A stretch of DNA of 64,000 nt from Trichoplax sp. H2 (Eukaryota): the NCBI GenBank assembly GCA_003344405.1, contig NOWV01000003.1, forward strand, positions 620,001-684,000. Direction: 5' to 3'. The position numbers and the translations under genes are program-made. Positions 27,201 to 41,400 of this stretch are shown in pieces; position 1 is the stretch's first letter; every line of letters begins with the position of its first letter. The notes beneath the pieces are model-generated. The model was not told the origin of the DNA and ran no database searches. It saw nothing but the letters and a program-made list of their open reading frames with translations.

Positions 27201-29067
27201 GCCCTGTCAAAAAATTCGGATACAAACTATTAGACATTTGGCGAAGTGTGATCAGTCGGATCGTGTCTAACACCATCGAAGAAAACGCCGTCGAAGTGGT
27301 AAGCAAAATTCGGTCGTAGGGATTGAAATTAGATTACGTGCAGCGCAGAGAATTAATAAATGAAAGCAAAGAAATTGTAGTGGTGACAAAAAAATTCAAC
27401 CTAAGTTACAAATATACAATTGTGACAATATTAATAGCAAAGCATCAATGAAAACGCAGTAATCATAGTTGAGCGATAATTACTTGATTGTATGCGAATG
27501 TCGTCAAAAATTTAACCAATTGTCTAATAGATAGATCACCGAGAACGATTTATAATAATTATTTGACCTGGACCTTCAACCTGTTATATAATATATTCTA
27601 TGAATTGTCTTGGATGAACATAAACGCATATTATTGTTACATTACATCATACACAGTTAAGTTAAAGATAGATTAAAATTTTATACAGTATTCCATTGAT
27701 ATCTTCACTCCTGTCCGATAGCATAAATTGTAATACCATATAGCAATCGCCTAAGATTATATTATATTCGCGTGCTAAATTAAGGTATACTATAGTTTCT
27801 GATATTGCTGTATGTTTTTAGACTGTTCCATAGTTAAGAGCTAAAGGTAAAAGAGTAATCAAAATATTAGTGTATGGGTTTACTGTGAACATATTGCCAA
27901 AGGTAGCGCTGCAGTCATTTCAGAAATTGGAACCGGAAAAAATTATTAACGATCGGATAATTATAATATGACTAGAAAGCTGTTTTACTCTTTTCGACAG
28001 TTGGGATATAGATAGATCCGATGTTTGTACTGTATATGGGATGAGGCATTACTGAATTAATGAAATGACGACATACTCGTACATTCTCCAATTCTAGATT
28101 AACTTCGTATATTAATTATATACCAATATCAGTAAAGCTAAATCTAATCTCAATGACCATTTACGCCTTGATGCCATCAAATTATAGCTAATGTACAATA
28201 TTATACTTGTCTTGTTAAGCCGCTGCTTTACTTTCCAGTATATGTTATGGTTGTTTGACTGCTATACCAATCATGATACAATATGTGCTATATCAAATTC
28301 TCGAAACGGTATTAATTCGACGCTATGCTGTACTTTGTGTTCCTGTAATTTTCTTTTAGCTTATAGTAAAACTATCTATAGTAATGTCAATCCTACAGCA
28401 ATCCCATAGTATAACATAAATGTACGTGTAAGCATCTATGGAGCAACAACATATTCTCACTTGAATAACTTTATAAAATTACTTAATCTACTAATACCAT
28501 GGTATGATAATAACTATTTGATATCATCAACTTACACTAGTTTTATACGATGTTTTACGTTTGTAACTAAAGTAAAACCAGTATCATTCTATTGTTATAA
28601 TAGCCCATCATTTATGAAATTATTACTTTAATTTAAAGTCAAAATACCAATTTTAGTTGTTTCGACTGTAAATATGTGGCACAGTAATATTTTGCACGAC
28701 ATTCTAAGCAAATTGAAGCAAACAAAATTATTACAGTATATTTTTAATTATAGTGTGATAATAAATGATGCAGTGACGTAATGAAAGGCAACATGTGAAT
28801 GATGTCATTCAAACAAATGTCTGCTAGTCTGTTTCTATCGATAAGATACAAGCTGGGCCCTCATATTAAAATTATTGTTGTTCGAAGCGACGCTCCGCTT
28901 TTCGCGTACGGTAGTCATGATGTATCAGAGTACATTGCTGAACATATTGTGCCGTTTCACTTATCAATTTTCGATTTCATATTACTGTTTTTCTCTACGA
29001 TCTTCGATTTTGCCTGTTTCTCAGTTTTTCTTTCGACATTTAATGCATTATTTAACTGAAACAGGTC

Positions 29068-32000
29068 ATGAAATCTGCAAAGCGCTCGGAATCAAATTCG
29101 AATTGTTTTAAAGATGGCCACATTGATGCCCATTCTCTGACCGTAGCTTCTACCGGACCGAATTGTACAAATCTGACCACCACTACACATCGTGATCATT
29201 CTGCCATCAAACTCTCATTAGAAAGTAGAGATTTGTGGCAAAAATTCAACGAGTGTAAAACGGAAATGATTATTACCAAGCAAGGAAGGTACACAGTGCA
29301 CCGATTTTAATATACTTACAGTATATTCTTATATACTGTACAGTACTGTATTGACCGTCGTTTTGTTTACCGATTACATTATTATTAAATAATATAATTG
29401 CCGGTTTACTGTACTGTAGTATTTATCTTTTCTATGTGGTCATGTATTGCACAGTGTACCGTAATACGTCATCGAAATCTATCAGTTCAATACCTTCACA
29501 TCTCGAGTTTGGGCATTACGTTGCTGTCCTTTATAACATACTATACGTACACTAAATTAATCAATATCGTAAAATCGCTCTGCAGAGTAATACAGATGGT
29601 GAATTAGAAAAGCTTGAGCAAATTCGTACGTAGCCATTAAGTTTAACACGAAGCTGCAAAAGAGTTGACATACTGTATATAAGACAGCTTAAAACCTATT
29701 TAAGCTAATTTCTTCAATTTTCTAGTCTTTCAATTAGTTCAGGATGTAGCTTCACCATAGCGTTTCGTATAGAAAAAGTTAAAATTACCTTATGTGTATC
29801 TTTATACCCATAAAAACTTTATATTACATCACGTTCAATGATCTAACTGATGAATGCATCTTGGTGTGTCCATCTTGTGAAAATAAATAGAAACTACAAT
29901 ATATAGTATCTGCCCAAAAAGCCATGCAAATTTTATATCGTACTACATTTAGAGCTGCGAGTACTGTTTCGTGAATAAATAGTACAAAGATTTAAAATAA
30001 GATGCGATTTTATTAATTTTACAATATTGATATTGATTCTATTTCATGTATTATAACTGATACTGGACAGACGCATGTTTCCAACTATTAAAGTAAGCGT
30101 AAGTGGAATGGATACAAAAGCAAAGTATCTAGTATTAATGGACGTCATAGCTGTTGATGAAAATCGCTATAAATATCAGCACAATCAATGGACAGTCGCA
30201 GGCAAGGCAGAACCAGCTATTCCTAATCGCTATTACTTTCATCCTGACTCACCGAGCACTGGAACACAATGGATGCGTCAAGTAATTTCATTTCAAAAAT
30301 TAAAAATAACAAACAATCAAATGGATCCCTTCGGACACGTAGGATTCTTACGGAATCATTTTACTAATTTTAATTTTAAGTAATAAATAATTAATTAGAT
30401 TAAACCGACATGATTAACGTTCAATGATTACTTTATTTCTCGTTCTATAGATCATTTTAAATTCTATGCATAAATATCAACCGAGAATTCATATTATACA
30501 AGTTTGCGGTCAAGATAAATTCTCTCCTTGCGTTAGCAAGGCCAGTGTTTTCGTCTTTAGCGAGACCCAATTTATTGCCGTGACGGCTTATCAGAATTCA
30601 CAGGTAAAACAGGAATTTTACGCACGTTATTTATCAATTAAATGGTCAAAAATTTCTGTGTTAGAGAACCTAATAAATTTCCCTAATAGCGTACTCTACA
30701 TTTTATGATCGTTATACTTCCGCATATTACCGTATATCAAATATTTGCTTTAAAATTTATGTAATATTTTCGATAATACAATCAGATTACAGATTTAAAA
30801 ATTCAGTATAACCCCTTCGCCAAAGGATTTCGATGCGGTAAAACCAGTGAACGTCGCCCAAGGCGGTTAGTTAATCACAAATACTTGGATGATAACAAAT
30901 TAAAATTCTTGAAAAACAGCACAGATAGATTTATTGAAAAAAATCGTTATAATTCTTTCTAATAAAGCGTAAATATTAGTAGGCGATCACTAATACTTAT
31001 ATTAACCGAGTGCAAATGCTGTTAAACACTTATATACGCTACAATTTGATAATTTTAAAATGTATAACTGTTCACTAAAATAGTCGTAAGAAAATACCGG
31101 CATGCGCATCTGATCTTAGCAGCTATAACCCTACACCAAGCTCAAGTTCTAGTAAAGAAGATATGGAAGAGGTAAGCAACGGAGAAATGATACACCACGA
31201 ACATCACCTGCAACCGGCGCACTCTTTCCATCTTGAAAAAGAAATGACAAGCATCTTTGGGAACGGAGAAAACAGTGATAATCCCGTCTATCGTATTCCT
31301 GTGGATCACCTGCATTCATCAGGTAATATACACGTGTAGCTATATATAAATACGTACTCACGATACCGGCTGTTCTAATGAAAACGATAATCTGAAGCTA
31401 GCTTCTTAGAGAGTATGCATATCGGCCAAATTTTCGCGATTGGATATAATAGATCTAAATAGAAAACAATTGTCGTATCAAAATTTAAGAATTTTACGAT
31501 CATGCAATAAAATGTACCGTATAGAAAAAAATATACTACAGAACGCTACAGTCAAAAGATTCTTACCATTTATTATTACTCACAAACAATTGTTCACTGC
31601 TAGTAAAATTTGACTTTATAATTATTGTCGTTATCAACTATCAATTTATTTTCATTTGTTTAGATGATAGCAGCTTCATCATATCTTCCAGCGATAAGCA
31701 GCCCAAAGAAGCCAAAATAACACCTATTTGCAACAATGTAGAATTGTATGGTAGTAATAATGGATCTTATTTTTATGATAATTCACTGCCCTTAGATTAC
31801 AATACTTCGTTTCCGATTAACATTAACGGTAGCAACTTTGGAAGTTACAATGCTTCAGTAAATGATAGTAGCAGTAGTAACTGCAGCATTAATGGTAGTA
31901 ATAGTAGCTTGTGTAGTAATGGCAGCAATATGATGGCAAATATAATGACTCCACCGTGGAATGATGAGTTCAATCATGCTAGCGATCCTTCGAATACTTA

Positions 32001-32439
32001 CTGTTCATCATATGACATTAACCACGGAAATCCGGTGATATCGTGCAATCTTCAATCGCTAGGATATCAGTGTAGTAACATTGTTACCAATGTAATGCAA
32101 TCTCCTCATCAAGATATATTGTGTAACTCTCATCAAACCTCACAACTATCTCAACAAATGCAGCAACAACATGATAACAATAATTGTTCGTCAACCTATC
32201 TATTATCGGATATAAATACCCCAATTACTCAAACTGTGCATACGAACATCGCTACTATCCATGCTACCAATTACACTGATCTGATTGGCACATCCGTATC
32301 AGCTATAACTCCAACAAGTGGCACTTTACAAAGGAGAAACTGCATTCTTTCAAGTAGTACCAATAGTTCCAATAATATAATTCCTGCACAGCATCCCTTG
32401 TGCCATAATATTAATAGTAATGACATCCAATACTGGTAG
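29068..32439 (+). CDS. Tbx4/5: T-box transcription factor, Tbx4/5 subfamily; exons 29068-29288, 30071-30338, 30451-30603, 30786-30865, 31084-31322, 31664-32439 (1737 nt, 578 aa)
   Basis: GT-AG, phase-compatible exons. T-box: [126 protein letters not shown].(V/I)SFQKLK and DPFGHIILNS are Tbx4/5 signatures. The C-terminus is long and Ser/Asn/Gln-rich. Confidence 0.88.
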
Positions 32440-35400
32440 ATTTATGATACTGCTTTGACATCGACTAAAATTGACGGTCATGTTGATGCTCAGATATAAG
32501 GCATAATTTAAATTTCGGCAAAAACGCAGTCCGGAAGAGTCCCGCCGAAGTGAGTTTGATGTAATTTCTTTGATATCGCTGAGGCCTTGTAAGTTTTAAA
32601 TTTAGCTAACAATTTTTACTCGTTAACTGTATGTCCGTTTACTTAATATACAGTCGATATATCTATCTACCATGTGATATTATTGCTTAGGATCATATCG
32701 CGGATTCAATTGTAAAATTGACCTAATTACTGTTAATGCCCGATTACGATAACTGTGTTATATTTAAATTAGAGTGTTAATAATTATAATATACTAATCA
32801 AAGCAAGAAGGGATATTTGTTAAAACGATATGATAACAAATATAATGCTGTAGTAGCATTAACGTAGTAGTAATATAACCTACTGTTTAGCTTTATCTTT
32901 AGTCTAGAAATTTCTTAAATTAAAGCCAAATTACGGCTAAATTTGTTTAGCCTATTGTTTACATTTTATAAATTCCATGGTTTTCATGGTGAGCAAGTCT
33001 TAATTGACTATTAATGAAGAATGAGAAAATGAAGGCTTAATTGCGTCATTTCTTACTTTCTTACTGATTGTTACGAAGTTAAGCAATGCTTTCAAAATTG
33101 TAAGATTATGCTATTATAATTATAATAGTATAATGCATATAAGTTTGTGCGTATGGAAATTAAAAGGTAATTGGAATCATATTATTAGGAGTAATTAACA
33201 TTAGTATAAACTAATTTCTAGTTGGAACGTGATTTAAAGTGGCCTCCAAATAAGTTCACCTAACAATGTTATAACGAACTAGAGTGTCAAGCGCCTGTCA
33301 TATGACTACATCCGATAACGATATCGAAATCCTAAAATTATTGCATCGACGAAATACTAAGTAGACTCCGATTATTTATGTAGTGTAACTTATTATACGG
33401 ATCTTATCAAACATAAGGAAAAAATTATAGTGTAGAATGCGACACTTAATGATATGGATGTATTGCAAATTAGTAATATGGAACTTTTTATAAAACTTTT
33501 CTAAAGCGGACAAATTGAAGATAGCGTTACGTAATGCAGTTTATACTAGATATATACTGTAGTTAAAATGAAATCTTGTTGTTATACGCTAAATGCAAAG
33601 ACTGCAAAGAATCAGCTTTCATGATGTAGAATAATTGTCTAGAGTCACTGAATTAGTTAGTCACTAGATGGTCAAATTGATAACCAACTAACACGACGAT
33701 CACGGATATATAAGCGCTTGCTAATACGATGATGACTGACTAGTGACTATGGCTACTGTGAATGCTATAATATCGGTAGGTATGGCTATACAAGCTTCTG
33801 ATCATAGAGCTCAATTAATTGGATGACAGATATGCTACACAATTTATCAGCAACAATGTCTGGCTAAATGTACGAATTGGCTGGATTGCAAACGCATAAG
33901 GAAATGATGAGTGCACATGTTCACTAAACCATAAAGGTCATATGGATGACCGTATGATACGACCAAATAGGGTCTATCTCTTGTTCGATTAGGCACAGCT
34001 GTATTATAGTTGTGATAGATTATAAAGCTCTAAATGTAAATTACTTCATAACAAACGTTCACTATTATAAGTCCTAGAAATCAGTAGTCTTCATCAAGGA
34101 AATCAAAATACTTTAATTTATTGCAGTTAAATTTCAATATTGCACCAGCGTCTATTGTTCTACTATTTTATTGAAAATTATAAACAAAACTACAGTATTA
34201 CGCTTATAACTCTACAATTATAAATTTCAGGTCATATGGTTCTCGTAATTATAAATCATTGTAACTGAAAATGGCATCGAAGTTGAGTACTATGTTCAGA
34301 AGAACTCTATGGTGATATTACTTTAGAGAATTACTCTATTTTTGCAACTCAAATTTCAAGTTTCTAAATTATATATTACGCAGTAATGTCATCTGATATT
34401 TCAATCACTGACATAATCATACTATTCTATTAGTAGTTATGGAGCTAAATAAAATCGCTCCGAAGCAAAACTTTTATATTTGGACGTAAAGAAAGTAGAT
34501 AAAATTCGTGGTAGAAGAAAATTTATTTCATTTACTGTAGGTTTTGTAGAATTAGACCGAAACAAAGATAACAATTGTAGTTAATGGTTATTACTGTTTG
34601 AAGACTCCTTAGCATAGTCTTCTAGATGATACACGTAAGAATTGCAGTGCACTAGTAACATGATTTCTTTCTAGTGGCTGAGCTATTCTAACTGTTTCAA
34701 GAATTGCAATACGTAAATATTTCTACTAAAGTTTATCGATATTAAAGCACAATGGAACGACTATTAGAGTATCATCTACCCTTCTATGGCTACTAAATTC
34801 CTTTAAATGGATATTTGCTTCTACAGAATTCTAGAAAGACTAATCTAGTAATATTTATACGAGATACAATGATTATGATTGGTCAGTAGGAAAGAATTTA
34901 TTCTCTTCGATGAGTCATTTGTCCTAGGTGCTTCTATTATTAATAAGAAAAGCCGAGCAAGAACTTAGCAAATCACCAACTTCTAATTTGTTAAGTTGAA
35001 TTATCTCAGGCCTATTATAATTATAATCTAAGTTATGTTTAATACTTTAGTGTTATTATAAAACTCATCCCTAACCTATTAGTATCACTTAGGAATATCT
35101 TTTGAATGGCATCTTTGAAACACCTACAATAAAGATTTTCGAAAAAACGTACATAATAGTAAAGACGAGAGTAATAGAAGTTAAAGCCCATGCAAGCGAA
35201 AAGATGCTCAAACAGAACATTTTAGATCGATTTTCGTTAAGCCATCAACTATGAACAATTAATACTGAAATGAAATTGATTACCACACTTGTAATTGGCT
35301 TATTTACCATATAATCGATATCAAAATTTTATCTAAAAAACAACTTACTGAGCTGATTGTCATCGCGAGTCATCAAGTCAACAGTAAATTTAGAAGCTAG

Positions 35401-38400
35401 AGCAGAGGCAATTTCTATCAATTAAAATATAAATTCAATATTTAATATCTGCCAAATAATCTAAATCAAATAATTATACACACCCACCTTCAGTGCGAAC
35501 AAATCGTGCAGCGGCTCCTAGTATACGATATAGGAAAGTTAAGTAAGAAAGAATTTACAGAACGAGTCGTAAACTCTGTCTAACTAAAAGCAGTGAAACT
35601 TTCATTACTAATAATTTGAGAAGTACAGTATTTTGATAACAACTGAAGTACAAAGTTCGGATTATCTATAAAGTTTTAGATTCTTTATTTCAGCGTTGAC
35701 TCTACTACAAAACAAAATGCAAAATCATAACTAATAATATCTTATATCTGATAAACGTATTTCAGGCTAAAACCAATCTGACTACAAAATTGGTAACAAT
35801 ACATATATGTACACACAATATAATGATCTTAATCAGATTAGCCAACATAGATTTGTTCTATCACTCTCAACTTAGACCAAGGAATTCAAAATTAAAGGCC
35901 ATCAAACAAATTGCATAAGAAATTATTATACCTAATTTTGCTCTCAGAATCCTCTCAAACGATCGTTCAACATTTCTTTTCGACTCCAATGGTAAAAGAT
36001 TAACTATAATCACGTAATCAATTTAGTAAGGAATGTCGTTAAGATTAACGTTATCAATTTATTTAAAGTTAGCTTTGAATTTAAACTAATCAACCGCTTA
36101 AAATTTCTAAAGTTTATAAGAAGCAAATTAGTTAACGATAAAAAATTGGATTAAGCTTTTATGAATTGTATTTAAATTTCATCTATTATAGACTCGACTA
36201 CTATCTGCATGCCCTTCATTTGCTAGCTTATAATTGTTTGAGACTCAAATGATAATGGTTAATTTTTACTAAAAATAATCTAATATTATAATTCTTGAAA
36301 ATAAACTGATAATATAAATTCACTACAAGTAAAAATTCTCAAAGTTGGCTACTTCTTACTCGGTGGAAAATCTATAATAAACGTTAAACAAGAACAGCAC
36401 AATTAAGATACTGAAAACTGTCACATAATTAAGTCACAAAATTTTAAAATCGAGATAAGAGATTGAAGAATAGTTTCCACGTTAGATCTTTTCGTACCGT
36501 CAGATTGATGGGCGTCGATCAAGGTAAGAAAAAAAACGAATAAAACCAAAAGTATTGTAATTTTTGCCATGGTTGACGGAAAACTATAATTTAAAATGTA
36601 AGTGTAAGACTATTTGAATCATTTGGCAATAAAGTACTTATGCGTCAATTATTATCCAACTTACACCAAGAATAATACTTCTACGGTTTTAAAATACTTG
36701 AGAAACTGGTTAAGTATAAATCACTGAAAATACATACGATATATAGTTGAATACATTATATACGAAGCAAGATATTAGCAATTTAATTATAAGATTTCGA
36801 TAAAAGACTTAATAAAGGTTCAGTAAATGTTAGCTCATGTTAATGCCATTAATTCAGCTATTGCTTAAATAATTAAAAAATACGCAATATAGGCTTCCTA
36901 AGACTCGCTGTCATTAATTTTTAATATAAAAATGGGCTAAACCAGGAAAGGTACAGTACTGATTTTGCAAACTTTCAACAGATTAGTAGTAAAACAGGCA
37001 GGAACTTGATAACAACAGGTTTGCTCATCTTATGGAAAGAATATTCGTTAGCGTTTATATTAAAAGCCATAACTACTGTAGGTTTCCTAATTAGACTATA
37101 CAGAACTCAATGGTCGCGGTAGAACCAAATTCGTTCCAGAGTTTACAATAGCAGATATTACACATAATACGTTATATGATCTAGACTTTAATATTTTTGC
37201 ACCATTTTGCTAATGAATGTGATATAAGCACATAAAAAGAATAGACTCGATTAGATAATACATATGCTCGTATTGTAATTAATGATATCAACTTTTTCAT
37301 GCTAGCTTAAAGAAAATTTAAGCTATGATTACCGGTCATAAAATTACTATTAGCAGATATGAATTATGATTTAAATTTAGCCATGCGATTCTAATTTTAG
37401 GATACTATACATAAATAAATAAATTTACCAGAATTCATATGAGTAAAAACTTTAAAGATTATTTAAAAAGAAATCAGGTAAAATGAGTACAAGTAATTTA
37501 ACTGAATCGAATCCAAATTCTAATAACTTTTTATCTGCAAATTTTTAAAATAAAAAATACTGGTACATATAGCATATAACATGCGCATATTACCTAAAAT
37601 GATTTAACTTTCAAACTGAGAAGAAAGGTATTTAATTTAGCTGTACGAAATGAAAATTGCCATACGGTAACTTTTAAGAAATTGTACTAACGTCAGTCTG
37701 AAATCATATTATATTGCCTCGCTATCTACGTTTATTTGAATAACTTACGTGCAAAATTTTAAGAAGGTTCGAAGAGCAAAACGAAATTACTTCTTTTCAG
37801 TATATCTTTGAAGTATCAGTAACTAGAAAACTTCTGGTTTAAGCCAAAATTAGTTAGTGATCTATAATTCTGATAAACATCCTTATATAGGCTAGGGTCG
37901 GAAACTGTGAAGATAATAGAAGAGAAAATAGACGGGATATCATTGCTCAAAATAAAAAAGCCTTCTTCTTATTTAATTGATGATTGGTAGATATAAATTG
38001 CGTGATATTCCATTATTATCAGGTTAAAATAAAATAACATTACATTTTAAATCTATAAACTTATTTTTAAACGTCATATTTGATCTAACTTGTCAACAGC
38101 CATCTCTCGCTGACATATTCCCTGAAATATATATCCGCTAATTATTGTTTGAGCCTGTCAAAAGCGTCCGACAGCAACTGATTTTAAATGACAGGTATTA
38201 ACATGGCAACCTAAAGTCAAGGAAATAACCTAAATTATCTTTATGTAGAACTAAATTTCTACGGTATATAAGTATAAATTGAACTCATTGTTTTCCTAAT
38301 GGCGTATAAGCTATTTTTATCAATAGTAACAGAAACCTTCAATATTTAACCATCGACATTATATGGTGCCTATTATTTGTGATTTATGAAACCGTAGCAG

Positions 38401-41400
38401 TCACGATATCTAATTATCCCTTTAATTCTTATCAATCCGATTATTACGTATAATTAAAGCATCATATTACATTCGCCTATAAGTAGTATACCATTTGTTA
38501 GTATCGATATGTCTACTTGTAAAACTAAGGTCAATGTGCAAGACGAACCACTCATGGCACCTTAGAAGTGACGTTTAAATTATTAATAATCAATTATAAC
38601 TATTGATTTACTTTGTTCTTTCTTTTCTTCGAATCAAAATGTAACATTTTTTCTACTCAATTTTAATGATGATACTTATGAATAGAGTTCATAATTAATA
38701 GTTCTATAATCCGATACCTGATAATAAAATAGCAAAGAAGCTTTAAAAAATCATTGAACTTATCCAATTAAAATGTTTGCCCTCAGAAGTTTTATTATTC
38801 AAAATATTTACTTCTGGAGTATTTTATGAATCATATCGCAATTGAGAAATTATGAGGTTTTCGAATGACATTATCTTCAATTTTAAATTTCGTAGATTTT
38901 ATAAATATAATTCGTATAAAGCTTAACCTTAGTATTACTGGAGGAAATTTTACAATACAATTTATAATGCGAATATGAAGGAAACGAAAATGTTCAATAG
39001 CAACAAGAAATAACAATAGTGAGAACAATCGCTAAAATAGTAATTTTCGCAATTGCAGGTATTACTTCTTTAAATTGCGATTCCAAAATCGATCTTTTAT
39101 TTTATTTTTTCTGATGTTGATAAATACGGATCATCTGAAGTATTATTTTGCTCTCTATGAATATAAACAGGCTGATTTCAAGATAAGACAGACCTTTCAC
39201 CAGCTTTGTTACTTCGATGATAACCGGGATAACATGTTTTGAAGTTATTTCTGGAAATAAAATATCTACACAAATCCTTTCATTATACCTTTGCAACTTT
39301 TGTAGACAAAATATTGGTTACAAAGCATGGATAATTATCCAGATGTTTGAGATTTTGGTATAAAATAAACTTACAATTATACATCACGTGTACTTAAGCT
39401 TAAATAAATAGATTTAGATAAGGATGTATATAAAATGCCATTATACAGGACCATATTATTAATTTATGTTGATTTAAAGTAGGATAAGTTAACTGCTTTA
39501 CTTGGTATTATATTAGCTCTTACAAATATTGGTTCATCTTAAAAATAGAAATAAGTTAATTAAACTGTATAGCCAAACAAAGAAAGTTAACTAATGAAAA
39601 TAACATTATACGATGGTGAATCATTTGTTATCGATTCGCAAACTTGATAATAGTTTAAGTTTTAACTTATAAGATACATTACCTAATACCATAAATATAA
39701 TCAAAATATTAATTATCTTTATTAGTTCACATACAATCTTTTGTTTTGTTCTGTGATATTGATTTGATTATTTATCGATCTTTTTCATCATTTATGCAAG
39801 CTCCACTGAAAGCTCCGCAACTTTAGAAAGAACTTGAGTTACAAAAATTCATAAATCAGACTATCGCTCTAAACAAAATTTTAGTAGCAGTGCTTTGACT
39901 AGAAGGCATGATAAATATAAGTCTGATCTATTAAATCATTTATAGTATAATATCCTACTTTTCAACTCCATTGAGTAAACTAAGTAATACGAAAAGTGCA
40001 AATAAATATTTCAAGAACTGCCAAGAATATGTCGTTAACATGCAGGCCATTGTCATATTAAAATATAATTTTGTTACATTAAAGTTTGTTTCTATTATTT
40101 TATCTGGAATAATGTATAATTTAGATATGAACCAAAATTATGGCAGTACTTGTATTTGTGGTGAAGATATAATACATAAATTATTTTTAGTTCAATGTCA
40201 GTATTCGGAACAGCAGCAGTAGTAATTATAAAAGATGAATTTACTTCATGTACTCTGGTTAGTATTGCTTGTTTACGGGTATTGCAGCAGTCACTTGGAT
40301 ATCATTTTACCCGTGTGTTGACTTGAGTAGTCATTTAAGGATGTAAATCGTTTTTACAACTTTGCTAGTTAGAGTAAATTGGACATCCACTTTCATTTAA
40401 GTTTTAGATTGCACAGATAAGATAGAAAGTGAAATGAAATATTATTATGATATGAATACTAGACATTTAAAATAGAAATTAATGATCTTTTGAATATAGT
40501 ATTGTATCATTCTTTATTGTCATAATATTAAAAATCCATCAATCTTGATATACAGAACCAATGTTATAACAGTTGTTTAGCTTTTGAAATAACCATGATT
40601 GACTATTGATGGATACTGCCTTTATCAATACAAATATTATGTAACCAAGAGAAATGTATATGTTGATGATACATGTCAACGAAATTAGTTATTTTTCCTA
40701 CTACTTCCACAATCTTTGAGTGTTCAATATAGTTATAATGTAACTAAACCAAAATAAGATGCAAAATTTTAGCAATAATACGAATGATTTGCTACAACAA
40801 TCTCATGCTATATGATTTTATTTTTGATTTCATCTCCTAATACTTAAAGCACATACTAATCCAATCCCGTCTCTACATCTGTAATAAAGTGTCTTCACAA
40901 AAATAAACAAGAACCACAATTTCTTTTAAATTTTACTTTACTTCATTGCTTAGGTTCATTTAATTACTACCAAGAGCTATTTCTAGACTATATACAATCT
41001 TACAATCTCATATATAATTTGCCTATTTTTGCATAATCTAACAACTTTAGTCTTAGATATATTTGGGGCTAGACTACATTTCTTCTCTATATCATAATTA
41101 AGATTTACTGCATCGTTCTTTCGCTAAATTAAGACTTTCGTTATTATTTCTATTCTATTGATTCTGCTTCAGATCACTTACTTCATAACTTTGCTCAATT
41201 ACTGATACTTCGCTGTTTGATTCAAGCCATCAGCTTACTAATTAAGAAAATTCAGTAATTTATCACTTCTGTTACGAATGCTTTGTAAGCCATAATGATA
41301 AGGACAAATGAGCTTGATAAACGCTATTTCACTGATTTCTAAAGCAGGTCTTAATTACGGTTCATATGTACAGAAATGAATTCGTAATCCATAACATCCC

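Noticed and set aside
31744..32439. Stand-alone 231-aa Ser/Asn-rich gene
   Set aside because: It starts at TTG and is in frame with the acceptor at 31664, so it is the last exon of Tbx4/5.
39190..39830. Possible Cys-containing minus-strand mini-exons (KTCYPGYHR; CGAFSGACIN)
   Set aside because: Too short to distinguish from chance, and cannot be linked into a consistent gene model.
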